Origin: Podarcis cretensis
Taxonomy: Eukaryota
Reading direction: 5' to 3'
Length of the DNA stretch: 64,000 nt
NCBI GenBank assembly: GCA_951804945.1
Contig: OX638149.1
Coordinates: forward strand, 106,082,001-106,146,000
Shown here: piece by piece, positions 24,262 to 36,587 of the stretch
Position numbering within the stretch: position 1 is the first letter of the stretch
How the letters are laid out: each line of letters opens with the position of its first letter
Position numbers and translations under genes: made by a program
The notes under the pieces: generated by a model
What the model was told of the DNA's origin: nothing
Seen by the model: the letters and a program-made list of their open reading frames with translations, nothing else
Database searches by the model: none

Positions 24262-25575
24262 GAGATAATGAACAAAAAACAAGAGGCAGAGGGACTTGTT
24301 TCAATATTAAAACAAAAAGCAGCAACAAAACCATAAGACACAGTATACAAGAGTATCAATAGCAGTGACAACATAGATGACATAAGACACTGTGTAGATG
24401 GTGTTTTGACAGTTTTCATGGCAAATTCCTGCTGTTTCTCACAAGTAGAGAAAGACGGTTTCTCTGACATGCAGCTGTCCCATGCAACAATCACAAAGAG
24501 AAATGGGAAATAAAGCACCCCCCTTTATTCCTTATGAAATTTCTGTCCATAACCTGTAGAAAATTGGGGCAAATATGTCATTTACTTTCTAAGCCATTTG
24601 AGAGCGAGTGAAGAATCATCTGAAAATGTCTGTCCGCAAATAACAGTAGTTAAGGAGCTATTTGCAAGAGTTTAGGAATTTGTTTGAAGGTAATTCATCA
24701 GAAGCCTTTTCCCTAAATTGGTGGCTTTTAATAGGGGTGTCCACATTGTTATATTCAATGAATGTAGACTTTGAGGACTGTGTACAGAAATAGTTGATCT
24801 GTTCACTCGTACAATTTTTTACATGCAGCATTCCACAAGAGCATATTTTGTGTACCTGCAGCAGTTGAGCTATAAGAGCTTGCACCTGTGCTCAGTGAAA
24901 TGTGTGGACAAGCTTATTCTGTTTCAAGAAACTCTGGGTTCTTAGTGAGAAGGTCAGTAATGATGAACTAGCTTCCCTGAACAACAGCTTGTCCACTGCT
25001 ACTGCTCCTCCTCTGCAATCCTGGAGAGGATTGGGAATGTTCCAGGATATATTCTCAGTTAATTCAGGGCAACAAAAGTGGTTCCTGAAGTCTGGGCAGC
25101 ATTCTACATCAACTGACTGTGCACATGAACTGGGGAGAAAGCACACTGCAGAGTGCACAGTTGTATTCAAGTGCAGATAGCTGCCACACTTCCCATATAT
25201 ATATATGAGAGAGCGTGGGTTGTGCTCTTAACACACTGACATGAAAACTAGTGAATGCTTCAGGAATTGCCACCAATGTCATATAGAGGGAAGTGTAAAT
25301 GTTTGACTAAATTCCCCACTTTCATGTATTTTGGACAACTCAAGCTTTTTCTTGAAGCCGAGACATTCTCAGAACAAATTCCCAAGCAGAACTTTGCATA
25401 AGGAAGAAAGGGGAGGTCTCACAAATCCACAAGGTTTTAATGTTCTTTTTTAAAAATAAAAATAAAAATAGAAGCAGTGCCTTGAACACTTAGGATTGTG
25501 CCAAGAATATAGAATCTAGCAAGAGACTCATGAAATTGGTAGCAGCATAGGAGAGCCGCTTAAAATCCATCTTAC

Positions 25576-25674
25576 ATGGCTACTTAGGACATTAGCTTTC
25601 TTAACGTGTCTCATCATGGGCGTGTCGTATGATGCAGCCCCATGGCCCCTCATGCGTCCTTTGATGTATTCTGC
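25576..25674 (-). CDS. NEB: NEB 99-bp module exon AEYIKGRMRGHGAASYDTPMMRHVKKANVLSSH (no human counterpart recalled)
   Basis: TTTTAAT branch-like site, TTTGTAG acceptor, GTAAGA donor, in frame, xxY...DTP...SS module signature. Confidence 0.85.
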
Positions 25675-26567
25675 CTACAAAGCGTAGCAAGATAGCAAGA
25701 TTAAAATGGCAAACCTCCAAGATGGACAAAGCAAGAAGCTGAGGTAGAAGAGCCGGTGATATTCTTGTCTTTGTGGGGGGCAGGGAGTCTCGTGGGAAGC
25801 AGCATGGGTCAGAAACGCACCAAGTGAAGTCGGTCAGTGTTTGTCAGAGAGGAAAGAGGCATACGCTAGCACCAAAACGCAAAAAGTTAACACATTGTTT
25901 GAAGTACTTCCCCTGAGGGGAAAGTCCAGTGCTGCTACCCTCACTATAGAAATATATAACAGCACAAACATTAAAATGTCTGCCAAAGAAAATTGATAAG
26001 GGAATAACTGGAGAGAAGACAATAAAAAGAAACATTTTGCCTCCCAGTATACAGCAAATGACCAAACATTTACGGCATGTTTTTTAACACAAAAATTGTT
26101 TCAGGTCATTGGTATGGGAGCCCGGTGCCTTCCATATGTTGTTGGACTTCAGTTCCTATCACCCCCAGCCAGCATGGGCAATGGTCAGGGAAGATGGGAA
26201 GTGTATTCCTCAGGTTCCCCATACCTGATTTATATGGAGGAAATGTCAACTACTGAAATCATTGTTATTATGGCTAAAGAAAGGCAATTAGCATCAAAGT
26301 TTGGCATGGTCAAGAATCTGCTAAGGACCAGCACTCCAGCAGGGCACCCGCTGAACCTCTCTTCACCACAACCAACCTGCATGTTCACTCATCTTTTGCT
26401 CTGGCTCAGACAATACTGGTGATGTAAAGGATGAGATGAACCCTTGGGGGGTTTTGTGGGGGATTTTTGCGGGGGGGGGGTGTTCCATTGTATTCAAAAC
26501 AGAAATAAATCATTTTAAATGCCAGGTAAGAGTTTAGTAATATAAACAAAAGAGAGAGAGAGAAAGG

Positions 26568-26569
26568 GA

Positions 26570-26628
<59 letters not shown>
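26568..26628. repeat. (GAAA)n microsatellite
   Basis: Perfect tetranucleotide run. Confidence 0.95.
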
Positions 26629-26927
26629 TCAAGCCCAGGCCCATGGAAACATGAATCTGGATTACTTTGATCAGTGCTACTTTGTGAGAACAGAGACTCT
26701 GATTACACAAGGAGTTCCTCTCCCACTCAGTATAATGGGTGAGGCAGCTCCCTGTGTGTAAAGGGTGCCTTCAGCTCAGTAATTGTTTCTTCAATGAGCT
26801 AAATAGGAAGCTCACCTACATAGGGACACAATACACAGAGTATAGCATCCACGTACCACAGCAGACTTCAAAGGCCGTCAATACCTTTCAGAACAATTTA
26901 ACCCCTAGGTCAAGAGCTTGATCAGGG

Positions 26928-27058
26928 ATGGTAGAGTTGGAAGGGACCACGAGGGCCATCTAGCCCAAACCCCTGCAAGGCAGGAATCTTTTTGCCCGGC
27001 GTGGGGCTCGAACCCACAATCCTGAGATTAAGAGACACAAGCTCTACTGACTTCGCTA
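26928..27058 (-). mobile_element. tRNA-Lys(CTT)-derived SINE with CR1-type 3' tail
   Basis: Minus strand ...CTCTTAATCTCAGGATTGTGGGTTCGAGCCCCACGCCGGGC then CTAGATGGCCCTCGTGGTCCCTTCCAACTCT. Confidence 0.8.
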
Positions 27059-27488
27059 ACTTTCGGGACGGGGTGGGTGAGAGGCTTTGGTGGCAGCAGT
27101 AAAACAAGGAGATATTGAAGCACATACACCAGAGTCCAGCACCCGGATGTGGATGCAAATTGCCCACTCCCCAGATATCAGATTGATGATTGGATGACCA
27201 GAGATAAGGAAATAATCTCCTCCCTCATTGGATCTGTACAGAACAGTGGAGGGGGGGGGAGGCTCTTTGCTTGTACTGCATATTTATGTGCATATGAGAT
27301 GGTGAGGTGGCCACAACCACGACTGACAGACAGCCCTGGAAGATTTGGCCAGAAAATATTAACCACCCCAATCTCAAATAAATTATCTCTAAAGCTGCTT
27401 TATCTGTAAAGTCAACATTACATCAAAATGATTGCAAAAGAAAATGTATGCCATATGGTTATAAGTTGAAGCAGCCACCTGTTCATAC

Positions 27489-27593
27489 CTGGCTTGTAAG
27501 TTTGGACACCTCCTTGGCAAGTTCAATATCTGGACGTCCAAGCATGCTGACTCCCATACCAGCTTCTCCACGAGCTTTGGCTTTATATTCAAT
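27489..27593 (-). CDS. NEB: NEB exon IEYKAKARGEAGMGVSMLGRPDIELAKEVSKLTSQ
   Basis: 105 bp, TAG/GTATGA. Confidence 0.95.
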
Positions 27594-27743
27594 CTAAGAC
27601 GAATATATGAAATGTCAAGGGGTTAAAAAAAACAAAAACAACCCCCCCCCCCTCTGGCTTCTACATACTGAAATGAAACTATTTATATGCATGGTGTCAT
27701 ATTGCCACAAGTTGCTGAACAGTTACACTGATAAAGTACTTAC

Positions 27744-27845
27744 ATCACTGACTAAATGGGAGACTTGGGTGGCTTTCTTAATATCAGGGCGATCCGCCAC
27801 ACTAGTGTAATGGAGCTTGGATTTGGCATCCTTTTTGTATTGGAT
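27744..27845 (-). CDS. NEB: NEB exon IQYKKDAKSKLHYTSVADRPDIKKATQVSHLVSD
   Basis: 102 bp, TAG/GTAAGT. Confidence 0.96.
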
Positions 27846-28127
27846 CTAGGTGAACACAAGGATAAAGAGAAGCAGTTAGTGTTGTGTTTTCTTTTTAAGG
27901 AAAGAACAAGATCCTCTGGATGTTAATGTTTTCACCAGGGCTATTGTTGATGCCCACCACCCATGCAAAAACTGCATACGTTTCACTGTAATGAAACAAA
28001 GTCTGCATGGAAAAGCTACAGCCACCCATGTCAGCGTGTGTTTCTCCTATAGCCCATGGCTTCGAAAGGATTATTCCTTAGATTGCCCATCCAGGGTTTA
28101 AATGAGGTAACTGGAGGAATAACTTAC

Positions 28128-28238
28128 AGTGCTCTGATTCTTTGCAACTTCCATGGCGTGTTTCACATCAGGAGGCTCCAGCATGATTGAATAGTCTGAC
28201 TTGCCTTTCTCCTTGTGGAATTTCTTTTTATAATTTGT
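28128..28238 (-). CDS. NEB: NEB exon TNYKKKFHKEKGKSDYSIMLEPPDVKHAMEVAKNQST
   Basis: 111 bp, CAG/GTAAGT. Confidence 0.96.
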
Positions 28239-29390
28239 CTGTTTCGGAACAGAAAAGAGTTGTGTCACACATTCTTCACCTGGGGCTTACTTTGCCGACA
28301 TTTATAATAAGAAACATAGGTGATGACTTCTACGCTTAAGGAAGACAGGTGCGCATTCGTGTGGGCGCTCACACATGCACTTGTAGGTTAATTAGCTTTG
28401 TTTCCTGATCTGCTGCAAGTTTTCCTCTACGGTCAGAAGCTCTCCACATTAAAAAGAGAGAGGGAGAGATTCAAAGGGCAGCTACATAAACGAGAATAAA
28501 GTCGACTGTAAGGACTGGTCCCTATGTGGAAAGCCCATCAGTCAAAAACACTTTGCTTACAGCTGTCAACAAACAGATATTGCATTGAATGGGTATTCCC
28601 CTGATGATTTATGGCTATTTAATCCAGCAGAGATTTTCGTCAGTCAAACAAAGATCAAGGTGATCTTCAGTGATTGCTCCTTCCTCCATCAACCCCATGC
28701 TCCTGAGTGCTGGGGAACCCTTTGGAAGAATATAAAAGATGGGACACGTACCCAAAATCATAGGAGGCAAGCACCAAGCAATTACTTAACCTATGTCTCA
28801 ATTGCTGCATCCATATTTTATTTACAGTTATTTTAAAATGACTAGAAAGAATTAACTGCAATGAACCCAATTCTGCATACACACACATACACACACACAC
28901 ACACACCCTGTTATAGTTCTTCAGCCGCTACCACTGCCACTCATTTCTACCACACTCTTTAATTTGTAAAGCGTTTCAGAACCTATGTTCATAATCAAGT
29001 CCCTTACCAACAATTCATTCAAACAGGCATGGATCATGCAAACTCATATCAGAAGAAACAATTTCCAGATTTGACAGCCTGCAGAAATATATTTGAAGGC
29101 ATTCTCTCTCTTTTTCAACACGCTAAGCTTCCATCTACACACGATTTCAGAAACTCTGTTCAACCACGTTATTAAACTTATGCTGATATTTAACTATGTG
29201 AGCTAACAGGCTGGTGTAAGTAACATCAGCCCTGGTGAACATGGAGCAGCACCCCTTTAGTAAGCCGTAATTAGCGTGAAGTATAATTTATAATGGAGCA
29301 ACAACAGTTTCCAACACCAAGTATAAACAAAACAAATGCAAGCGTCAACTCAACCAGTGATGTGACTATAGTAATGCAAAAGCAGTTTAC

Positions 29391-29501
29391 CTCACTGACG
29401 TTCTTGGTTACGTTTTTGACATGAACAGTGTCTCGTGTTTCTGGCAATTTTGTAAAGGAGCCATGTGGCAGGTGCTTCTTAACATGTTCTTTGTATTTGT
29501 T
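29391..29501 (-). CDS. NEB: NEB exon NKYKEHVKKHLPHGSFTKLPETRDTVHVKNVTKNVSE
   Basis: 111 bp, CAG/GTAAAC. Confidence 0.96.
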
Positions 29502-29607
29502 CTGGTGATGAAGAGAAACAACAGGTATTGAAGTAATATGTATTAAATAAGGAATAAATGCTGAAAACTGGAGAATTATATACATACATATATAAATAAT
29601 AAATTAC

Positions 29608-29712
29608 CTCAGACACGAGAGCACTAACAGTCTTCGCAAGAAGGATCTGAGGAGTGTCTGGAACTGGGTGGATAGTTCCCCTTTCCTTGTTATGCTTCTC
29701 TTTATATTTTAA
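29608..29712 (-). CDS. NEB: NEB exon LKYKEKHNKERGTIHPVPDTPQILLAKTVSALVSE
   Basis: 105 bp, CAG/GTAATT. Confidence 0.96.
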
Positions 29713-30414
29713 CTGGGAAATGAAATGGAAAGGTATTAGTTTCAAGCAGTGTATAATAAACAGGGCTACACAAATGGGCTCGCCACTGATGAGCATGTGT
29801 TTTATTCTGGTGTGAGTCTCCATCCTTCTCTGGACTACAGAAAGGCAAGAGCTAGCTAAAATTTTGCACTAACTATTGGAGAGCTTTGGAGGACTCTATT
29901 CTAAAGTCCGAACATAGTCTGGGAAAATTTCTGCCCTTCTACCAGTATGAGAGAAGAGTGGTGGATTTCCTGACATTGTACTGAGACCTGGTGATGTTCA
30001 GTGTGGCAGAGACAACTCTATGCCCTTCAACCAGTTTGGAGTGGGGGCGCTGGATGGCATTAATAGTGCAATTGTGCTGGGCCCTGGAGATGTTTGAAGT
30101 ACATCCAGAGCCCAGAAAGGCACTAGTAAGAAGGCAGTGACTTGGACTGGTTACAAAGGCTACAGGAAATTCGAGGACCCCTGTAAATCATGATAGGTAT
30201 TTCTTTCCTTACCACTATTACCAGAACTGAACCTGACATTAAAAGGTGTTTTTGTTATCCAATGCTGAAAATGTTTCTCGGTGTGATTGGTTTGCCACAC
30301 CTACTTAGAAAAGTACAATCATTTGCTAAGGTTTACATGTTGATCTGGGTGTCCAAGACTTAAAAAGGGGTGGTGGTGGGAAAGCTTCCATTAAAAGGAT
30401 TTTAGAATACTCAC

Positions 30415-30519
30415 ATCACTCGCCAAGATTGCATTCTGCAAAGCCAACACTGTGTTTTTGTCATCTGTTACGGATAGCTTGCATCCTCTATAGTACTCTC
30501 GGTCATATTTGTAATCATA
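30415..30519 (-). CDS. NEB: NEB exon YDYKYDREYYRGCKLSVTDDKNTVLALQNAILASD
   Basis: 105 bp, TAG/GTGAGT; degenerate super-repeat marker (YYRGC). Confidence 0.96.
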
Positions 30520-30630
30520 CTACAAAGAAACAGGAGAATAAAAAGTGTCAGAAGTGCAGCCTGTGGCACCAGAGGTATGCCTTGCTATGTCAGGAAATAA
30601 AATGGGTGCATGTGGTTTTAGTTTCCTTAC

Positions 30631-30735
30631 ATCACTCTGTTGCAAAGATGATTTGGCAGCTTGGATGAAGTCCGGTCTGTCCACAGTCCAGTGCCAGTGA
30701 GCCTTGGCAGCTTCATATTTCTTCTTGTAATCCAG
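30631..30735 (-). CDS. NEB: NEB exon LDYKKKYEAAKAHWHWTVDRPDFIQAAKSSLQQSD
   Basis: 105 bp, CAG/GTAAGG. Confidence 0.96.
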
Positions 30736-31555
30736 CTGTTCAAAGAGAAATAGATAAACAATGTAAACATAGACTCAAGCCATTCTTGTAAAAGGGTCAC
30801 CATAAAACAAGAGTGAAAAGGATATTTTTGATTCCCAAAAATAAATACGTAACTAAATGTTTGGTGGTGCAGATGCAAACTTCTATGTCTAGGAATTCTG
30901 ACACTCCCCATAAAGTTTCACTTTCCCTTAGCCATTTATGTTGGCCATCCAAAGTTGAGCAGTTGATAAATCTCCTATTTTTACCAGTAGGCTGGGAGCG
31001 CAACCCCCCCCCCCCAATATGAGTGGGCTATGTTTGCCATGGCTTGCGGACTGTACAAGGCTGCAGACAAACAGGTCTGCCACTTTCTACTTTTCCATCC
31101 ATATCTGCCTTTTTCTCGCTCTTCTACAGAATTTTAGCTCTGCTTGTGCTGCTGTGGAACAAGCATGGGAAAAGCCATAGCCTTAAAAGGAAAAAGACAA
31201 AAGATTAAACAAGTAGTGGGTTTTATGTTTGGAACGACCACATTTTTTTAGCTGTCAGGAATACAGCATGTTAAAAAGGATGGTTTGTTCGTACATGGCT
31301 CTTTCAGGAAGTTGGAACCTGGAGATTTGCACCACCTACAATTTGCCCAAAGGGATGGGGGTGGACATTTCTCTATCCCACACATATCTAAAGTTGGCAT
31401 GAGATGCACTGCCTCATCCGATCTGGCTAGGAGTTTCCGTAAGCGTATAGAAATTAGGCACTGAAAGAGGCATCAGCTGAGTGGGACCTGGGAGCCCTAC
31501 TCCCTCAGTTTCCTTTGTAAGGCTTAGTCACCGGCAACAATAGCACTGGACTCAC

Positions 31556-31660
31556 ATTGCTGTTTACTTTGTAGGCCTGCTTGGCAGCTTTGATATGAAC
31601 GGAATCCGGTACAACGTTGCAGTGAGACTTATTCTGTTGATAGACTTCTTTGTATTTCAG
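31556..31660 (-). CDS. NEB: NEB exon LKYKEVYQQNKSHCNVVPDSVHIKAAKQAYKVNSN
   Basis: 105 bp, CAG/GTGAGT. Confidence 0.96.
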
Positions 31661-32488
31661 CTGTCGAAAGAACAAGAAGGTTAACGTTGCACATCTCTTT
31701 ACACGGCTAAACAGAAATCACCCCAGGGAAAATTGTGTTAATCTGCCCTGGTAGGTCCAAGGAGGCACTGAATTTAGCGAACATCTGAGCAGTGGAGCCC
31801 CATTTGCCCTAAGAGAACAACCTTCGCTGCATTAAGGGTCCTCCTCCACTGGCAGCCCCCAGCCCCACCTCCCACACTGTTCCAGAAGGTTCCCCACAGC
31901 CCACCAGAATTGCATGAGGGTTGTGTTGGGAGCTGCAGGAGAGAAACAGGGATTTGGCAAATGTCACTTCCGATTTTCTGCCAAATGGGAGAGCCTGCTC
32001 CTGCTGGTGGAAACAAAGTCTAGTACCAACCCATAATACGTAAGCCTATGGGCATTTCTCTTAATCCCCATAAAAAGGTAAGCAATCTGAGTGGTACATA
32101 ATGTGTAAATATGAGAAAATTCATTAATAAATTCATTCATTCATTCTCCTACCATGAATCTATTGTTTCAACAAGTATTGGCTTACAGCAAATAACCATA
32201 CTTATAAACACTGCTATGAAATGTGAGCTACCTTGAAAATAAAGAATTATATTTAAATAGTCTAAGGCTTAGCTTTTATAGTGACGCAAACAAAATCTAA
32301 TATGTATCATCTTACAGACTAATGAGCAAAAAATGAATTTGGAACTTTGCTAGACACAGTTTATATAGAACGATTGGTCTCACCTGAAGTGTAGATTTGC
32401 AAGTAGGGATGCTGGAGCCAATGAGCTGAGTCATGTCCTGTCCCATTGGCTCCAGCATCCTGCGAGGTAAATGACAATGTTTACTTAC

Positions 32489-32596
32489 ATCACTTATTCT
32501 GTCCTTGACCTTCCGTACGTGGAGTAACATGGGAGTATCATGGATTGTGGTATATCCCTTTGGTTTGGCCTTGTTATATTCCAGTTTGTAGAGGAT
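32489..32596 (-). CDS. NEB: NEB exon ILYKLEYNKAKPKGYTTIHDTPMLLHVRKVKDRISD
   Basis: 108 bp, CAG/GTAAGT. Confidence 0.97.
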
Positions 32597-33619
32597 CTGG
32601 CAGCAAGAAAGGGCCAAGTTAAGTACAAGCAGTCATTAGAAATAGCATTTTAATTTCTTTTTAAAAAATACCCAAAGTGAACAAATATGTATACAACAAT
32701 ATGTATTGTTGTAGTTTACCGTAGACTATCTGAAGGAACTGGAGAAGGCCTGCTCCATCCTCTTTCCCATTCACTCCCTTGGGTTTTCCACTGATGTGCT
32801 GAACAGGACTGGACTGGAGGATATATCTCCCCAGTCAGAACCTTACCCACCCAGCGCACTGTCCCAGCCTCCAAGCTGGTCCTGCTTGTGGATTTCACAG
32901 CTGGTTGGCCAGGATGCTGGACTGTGATGGGCCTTTTGACCCAATCCAGCGGGCTTCTTCTTACGTTCTTCTATCCTTAACCCACCCTCCATTTGCAGGA
33001 GGAAGCACACAGTTCCTCCCCATCTCCTAGTGAGCTGTCTCCTACTTGTAAACATGGGGACAGGATGTCCAAATGCTGCCCAGGTACACACAGTCTTGCT
33101 CAGGTGAAAAACTGCATGCTTGATTGCTGCACTAAAGTAGGAAATCAGCTAGGCAGTTTTCACCTTCACAATCTGAGCACTCTCTACACAGGCAGCATTG
33201 GGATGTTCTGCTTCGGCAGGTGGAACTGGTAGAGAGCGGGATGATGTGCTAAGTGTTTAGGGTCATAATCATGGCTAGTGGGCTTGGACTGCAACCCTTC
33301 CAACCATTGCCATTTATCTTATCTGGACCTGCTTTTTACTCAAAAGTCTGCATGAGCGCATCCTCCTGGTAAGCTTTCCTAACGTATGCTTTGAAGAGTA
33401 GGAAGAGCAATGGAGAAAGCATGGTACATTGTTTCTTACACTAAGTATGTAACCTCTCACATGTGGGTGTGCTACTTGTGCCCAGCCAGTGGCTTCCTAT
33501 CTACAATGGAGAGAAGGAAGAGGGTCAGGGCAGATTGTGGATGGAAACATGGGTCGGGTGGTGTAGGAGGATACTGGCTAGTATAAGGAAGACGCCAGGC
33601 TCAATCCCTCCATAGGTAA

Positions 33620-33977
33620 AGGTAAAGGTAAAGGGACCCCTGACCATTAGGTCCAGTCGTGGCCGACTGGGGTTGCGGTGCTCATCTCGCTTTATTGGCT
33701 GAGGGAGCTGGCGTACTGCTTCCGGGTCATGTGGCCAGCATGACTAAACCGCTTCTGGCAAACCAGAGCAGCGCACAGAAACGCTGTTTACCTTCCCGCT
33801 GGATTGATACCTATTTATCTACTTGCACTTTGACGTGCTTTTGAACTGCTAGGTTGGCAGGAGCAGGGACCGAGCAACGGGAGCTCACCCCATCGCGGGG
33901 ATTCAAACCGCCAACCTTCTGATCGACAAGTCCTAGGCTCTGTGGTTTAACCCACAGCGCCACCTGCGTCCCTCCCC
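33620..33977 (-). mobile_element. Sauria SINE nested in an older MIR-like SINE (~33556-34110)
   Basis: Same family as 13947; 14-bp TSD CCCTCCATAGGTAA at 33606 and 33978; flanks rejoin into a MIR-like body (CTCAGCCTAACCTACCTTACAGGGTTGTTG). Confidence 0.9.
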
Positions 33978-34577
33978 CCCTCCATAGGTAATTGACCAAT
34001 TTTTGAGTTAGTCACTGTTTCTCAGCCTAACCTACCTTACAGGGTTGTTGGGATAAATTAGACAAAGCCAATTTCGCCTCTCTGTGCAACTTGGAAGAAG
34101 AGTTGGATGGGTGTGGAGCTGTCCCATCTACCCCCAGCCACACAATGCATCCGTCTTCCATAACACGGTGCATCCCAGATGTTGTCAGACTGCAACTCCC
34201 ATTGACCTCAGCCAGCATGGCCAATAGTGAGAGATGATGGGAGTTGTAGTCCAGCAGCTTCAGGAGTGCACCAGGCTGGGGGAGACTGCACTAAGCAGTT
34301 GGTGGTTGCTGAAGTTCCCAAACTCACTCATTTGCCTGAGCATTTTTAGGCAGACAGTCCTTGTTGCTGTTTCCCTCAGCTTCGCAGTTCCTAACACCCG
34401 CCCCGACCCCAAACTGGCAAGCTGCGTTTCTCTTATTGTCCTCTTCCTCTCCCATCCCGTCAGTCAGAAAAAAAACCCTGGCTATCCCCATCGTTGTCAC
34501 ACAAAGATTAGTCCAGAAAGACACCATACTGTTCCTCCCCCCCCCCCCCAATTGGTCATGACAATTTCCACACTTAC

Positions 34578-34682
34578 ATCACTGATTTGCTTGTTGACTT
34601 TCGTCGTCCTCAGGTGTTCCGGAGTATCCACAATCGATGTAAACTTGTCCTTCTGCTTTTCATACAGTTGTTTGTATTTGTA
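34578..34682 (-). CDS. NEB: NEB exon YKYKQLYEKQKDKFTSIVDTPEHLRTTKVNKQISD
   Basis: 105 bp, CAG/GTAAGT. Confidence 0.97.
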
Positions 34683-35285
34683 CTGTGGAATTTTTTTTTT
34701 TAAAAAAAGCAGCAGTGAATGGTGGGGAATGACAGCAAATCAACAACAACACCCCACCACAAATGCACATTTTAAGAAGAGTCCTAGCCTTAGCCTGCCT
34801 GTTCCAGCAGCTGTCATAGAAGTCAACCGAAACTGTGTACGTGGGGGGAGCCAAGCCCACACGATGGAAATGCCGGAGTTAAGCTTGCTTTTGGTTACGC
34901 TGACTTCTAAACAGGTCAAGTGTGGGGCAGTGGCTGGAGCACTAGATTTGGACATGGGAGCTTGTATCTAAACACCCTTCAGCTATGTGCTTCCAGGGTT
35001 GGCCTTTGGCAAGTCATCATCTTTAACTTATCCCACGGACTTGATGCGAGGATAAAAATGGGATAATCCTTTGCATCATCCTTCCCTGGGCCGGAAGCAA
35101 ACACAACCAATAAAGCAACTAAACTAGCAGGGTTTGCCGCTAGTGGATAAAACCCCAAACTCTACGATCGCACTAAGAAATCAAAGGAGCCACTTAGCCG
35201 AATAAGAAGAGTGGGTGAGTAAGCATTTAAAAAATGGGTTTAAGAAGCGTTCCCCCCCCCCCAGTCAAGCCCACAAAGTCTACTG

Positions 35286-35606
35286 CAGGGGTAGGCAAAC
35301 TAAGGCCCGGGGGCCAGATCCGGCCCAATAGCCTTCTAAATCCGGCCCGTTGATGGTCCAGGAGTCAGCGTGTTTTTACATGAGTAGAATGTGTCCTTTT
35401 ATTTAAAACGTATCTCTGGGTTGTTTGTGGGGCCTGCCTGGTGTTTTTACATGAGTAGAATGTGTGCTTTTATTTCAAATGCATCTCTGGGTTATTTGTG
35501 GGGCATAGGAATTCATTCATTATTTTTTCCAAAGTATACTCCAGCCCCCCACATGGTCTGAGGGGTGGTAGACCAGCCCATGGCTGAAAAAGGTTGCTGA
35601 CCCCTA
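35286..35606. mobile_element. Non-autonomous hAT DNA transposon
   Basis: TIRs CAGGGGTAGGCAAACT / AGGTTGCTGACCCCTA, 8-bp TSD GTCTACTG at 35278 and 35607, internal duplication with 71-bp period. Confidence 0.9.
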
Positions 35607-35681
35607 GTCTACTGAGATGAATGAGGTTCTACCAGTTTATGACTGTGGATGGCAGCCCTGTAGAGACTCTGGTAAAGTTTA

Positions 35682-35749
35682 CTAGTCTCTTCATACAACA
35701 GTAAGATAGCTTTGGCTAGTCTCCTCATACAACAGTAAGATAGCTTTGG
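35682..35749. repeat. 34-bp tandem duplication
   Basis: CTAGTCTC(T/C)TCATACAACAGTAAGATAGCTTTGG twice. Confidence 0.9.
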
Positions 35750-36587
35750 TTAACCATGCACCCAATCGACATTTAAATTGTAGCATAGGGGTGGGGAGGC
35801 TTTGCAATGTAAAACTGTTACTGGTGATTATGCCGATGACTTAAAAATTTATGACGTAATGCAATGAAATGTATTCATGGGAGAATGGAGAAGTGGGCGT
35901 TTCTCTGCAGAACATTCTGTGCAGCTGACAATCTTGGTCTAGCTTATAGAAAAATTGGGAAGCCTTAGCAGTTGTCTAAAAACGATGCAAAAAAACCGCT
36001 TTTTAAAATGTTGCTTCATTTTCACTGCATGCAAATACAGAGCATGCAAGACAACACATAGCATGCGTAAAAGAGGGGGAAGAAATGCATGGGCAAGGAA
36101 TCGCAACACATACAAAATAATGGCAAGAATGCTCTAAGCAGGGCTTGGTATCAGTACCACAAGTAAGAAGACATTTGTATAGGTTGGATACAGAGAACCC
36201 AGTCTGTGTTATAGTTAATCTGGTGTATTTTGCTTGAAGGCGGCTGGCACTCCAAACCTAACCATATCTCCATGCAAATAAATTTCATTGATTTCAATGC
36301 AAGTTACTTTTAAGTAAATGTGCTTAAGAACACAGCCTGGCACCCTGATCTTTTCTTTTGCTTGGAAGATCAAGAGGGTTCTCTGGCTGCAGATCAAGAG
36401 GGTACTCCTGCCCAACAGAATTTTACCATTTTATGTCCAAATACTTCCATCTTAATTTGATTGTGAATCCCAACCTCTAGAGTTTGAGTGCTATCTAATG
36501 CACCTGGTATTGGAGCTTTTCATGGATCCACATGGTAACTTACGTCCAATTTTGTAACAAGAAGCCTACAATCCTATGCACACTTAC

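Noticed and set aside
26928-27058. Possible tRNA-Lys gene (also at 47885)
   Set aside because: D-arm and stems are mutated and it continues into a CR1-type tail in both copies, so it is a SINE.
34234-34971. 245-aa plus-strand ORF
   Set aside because: Starts in a MITE, crosses the antisense of a NEB exon and homopolymer runs, and ends in a MIR-like SINE; no domain-like content.
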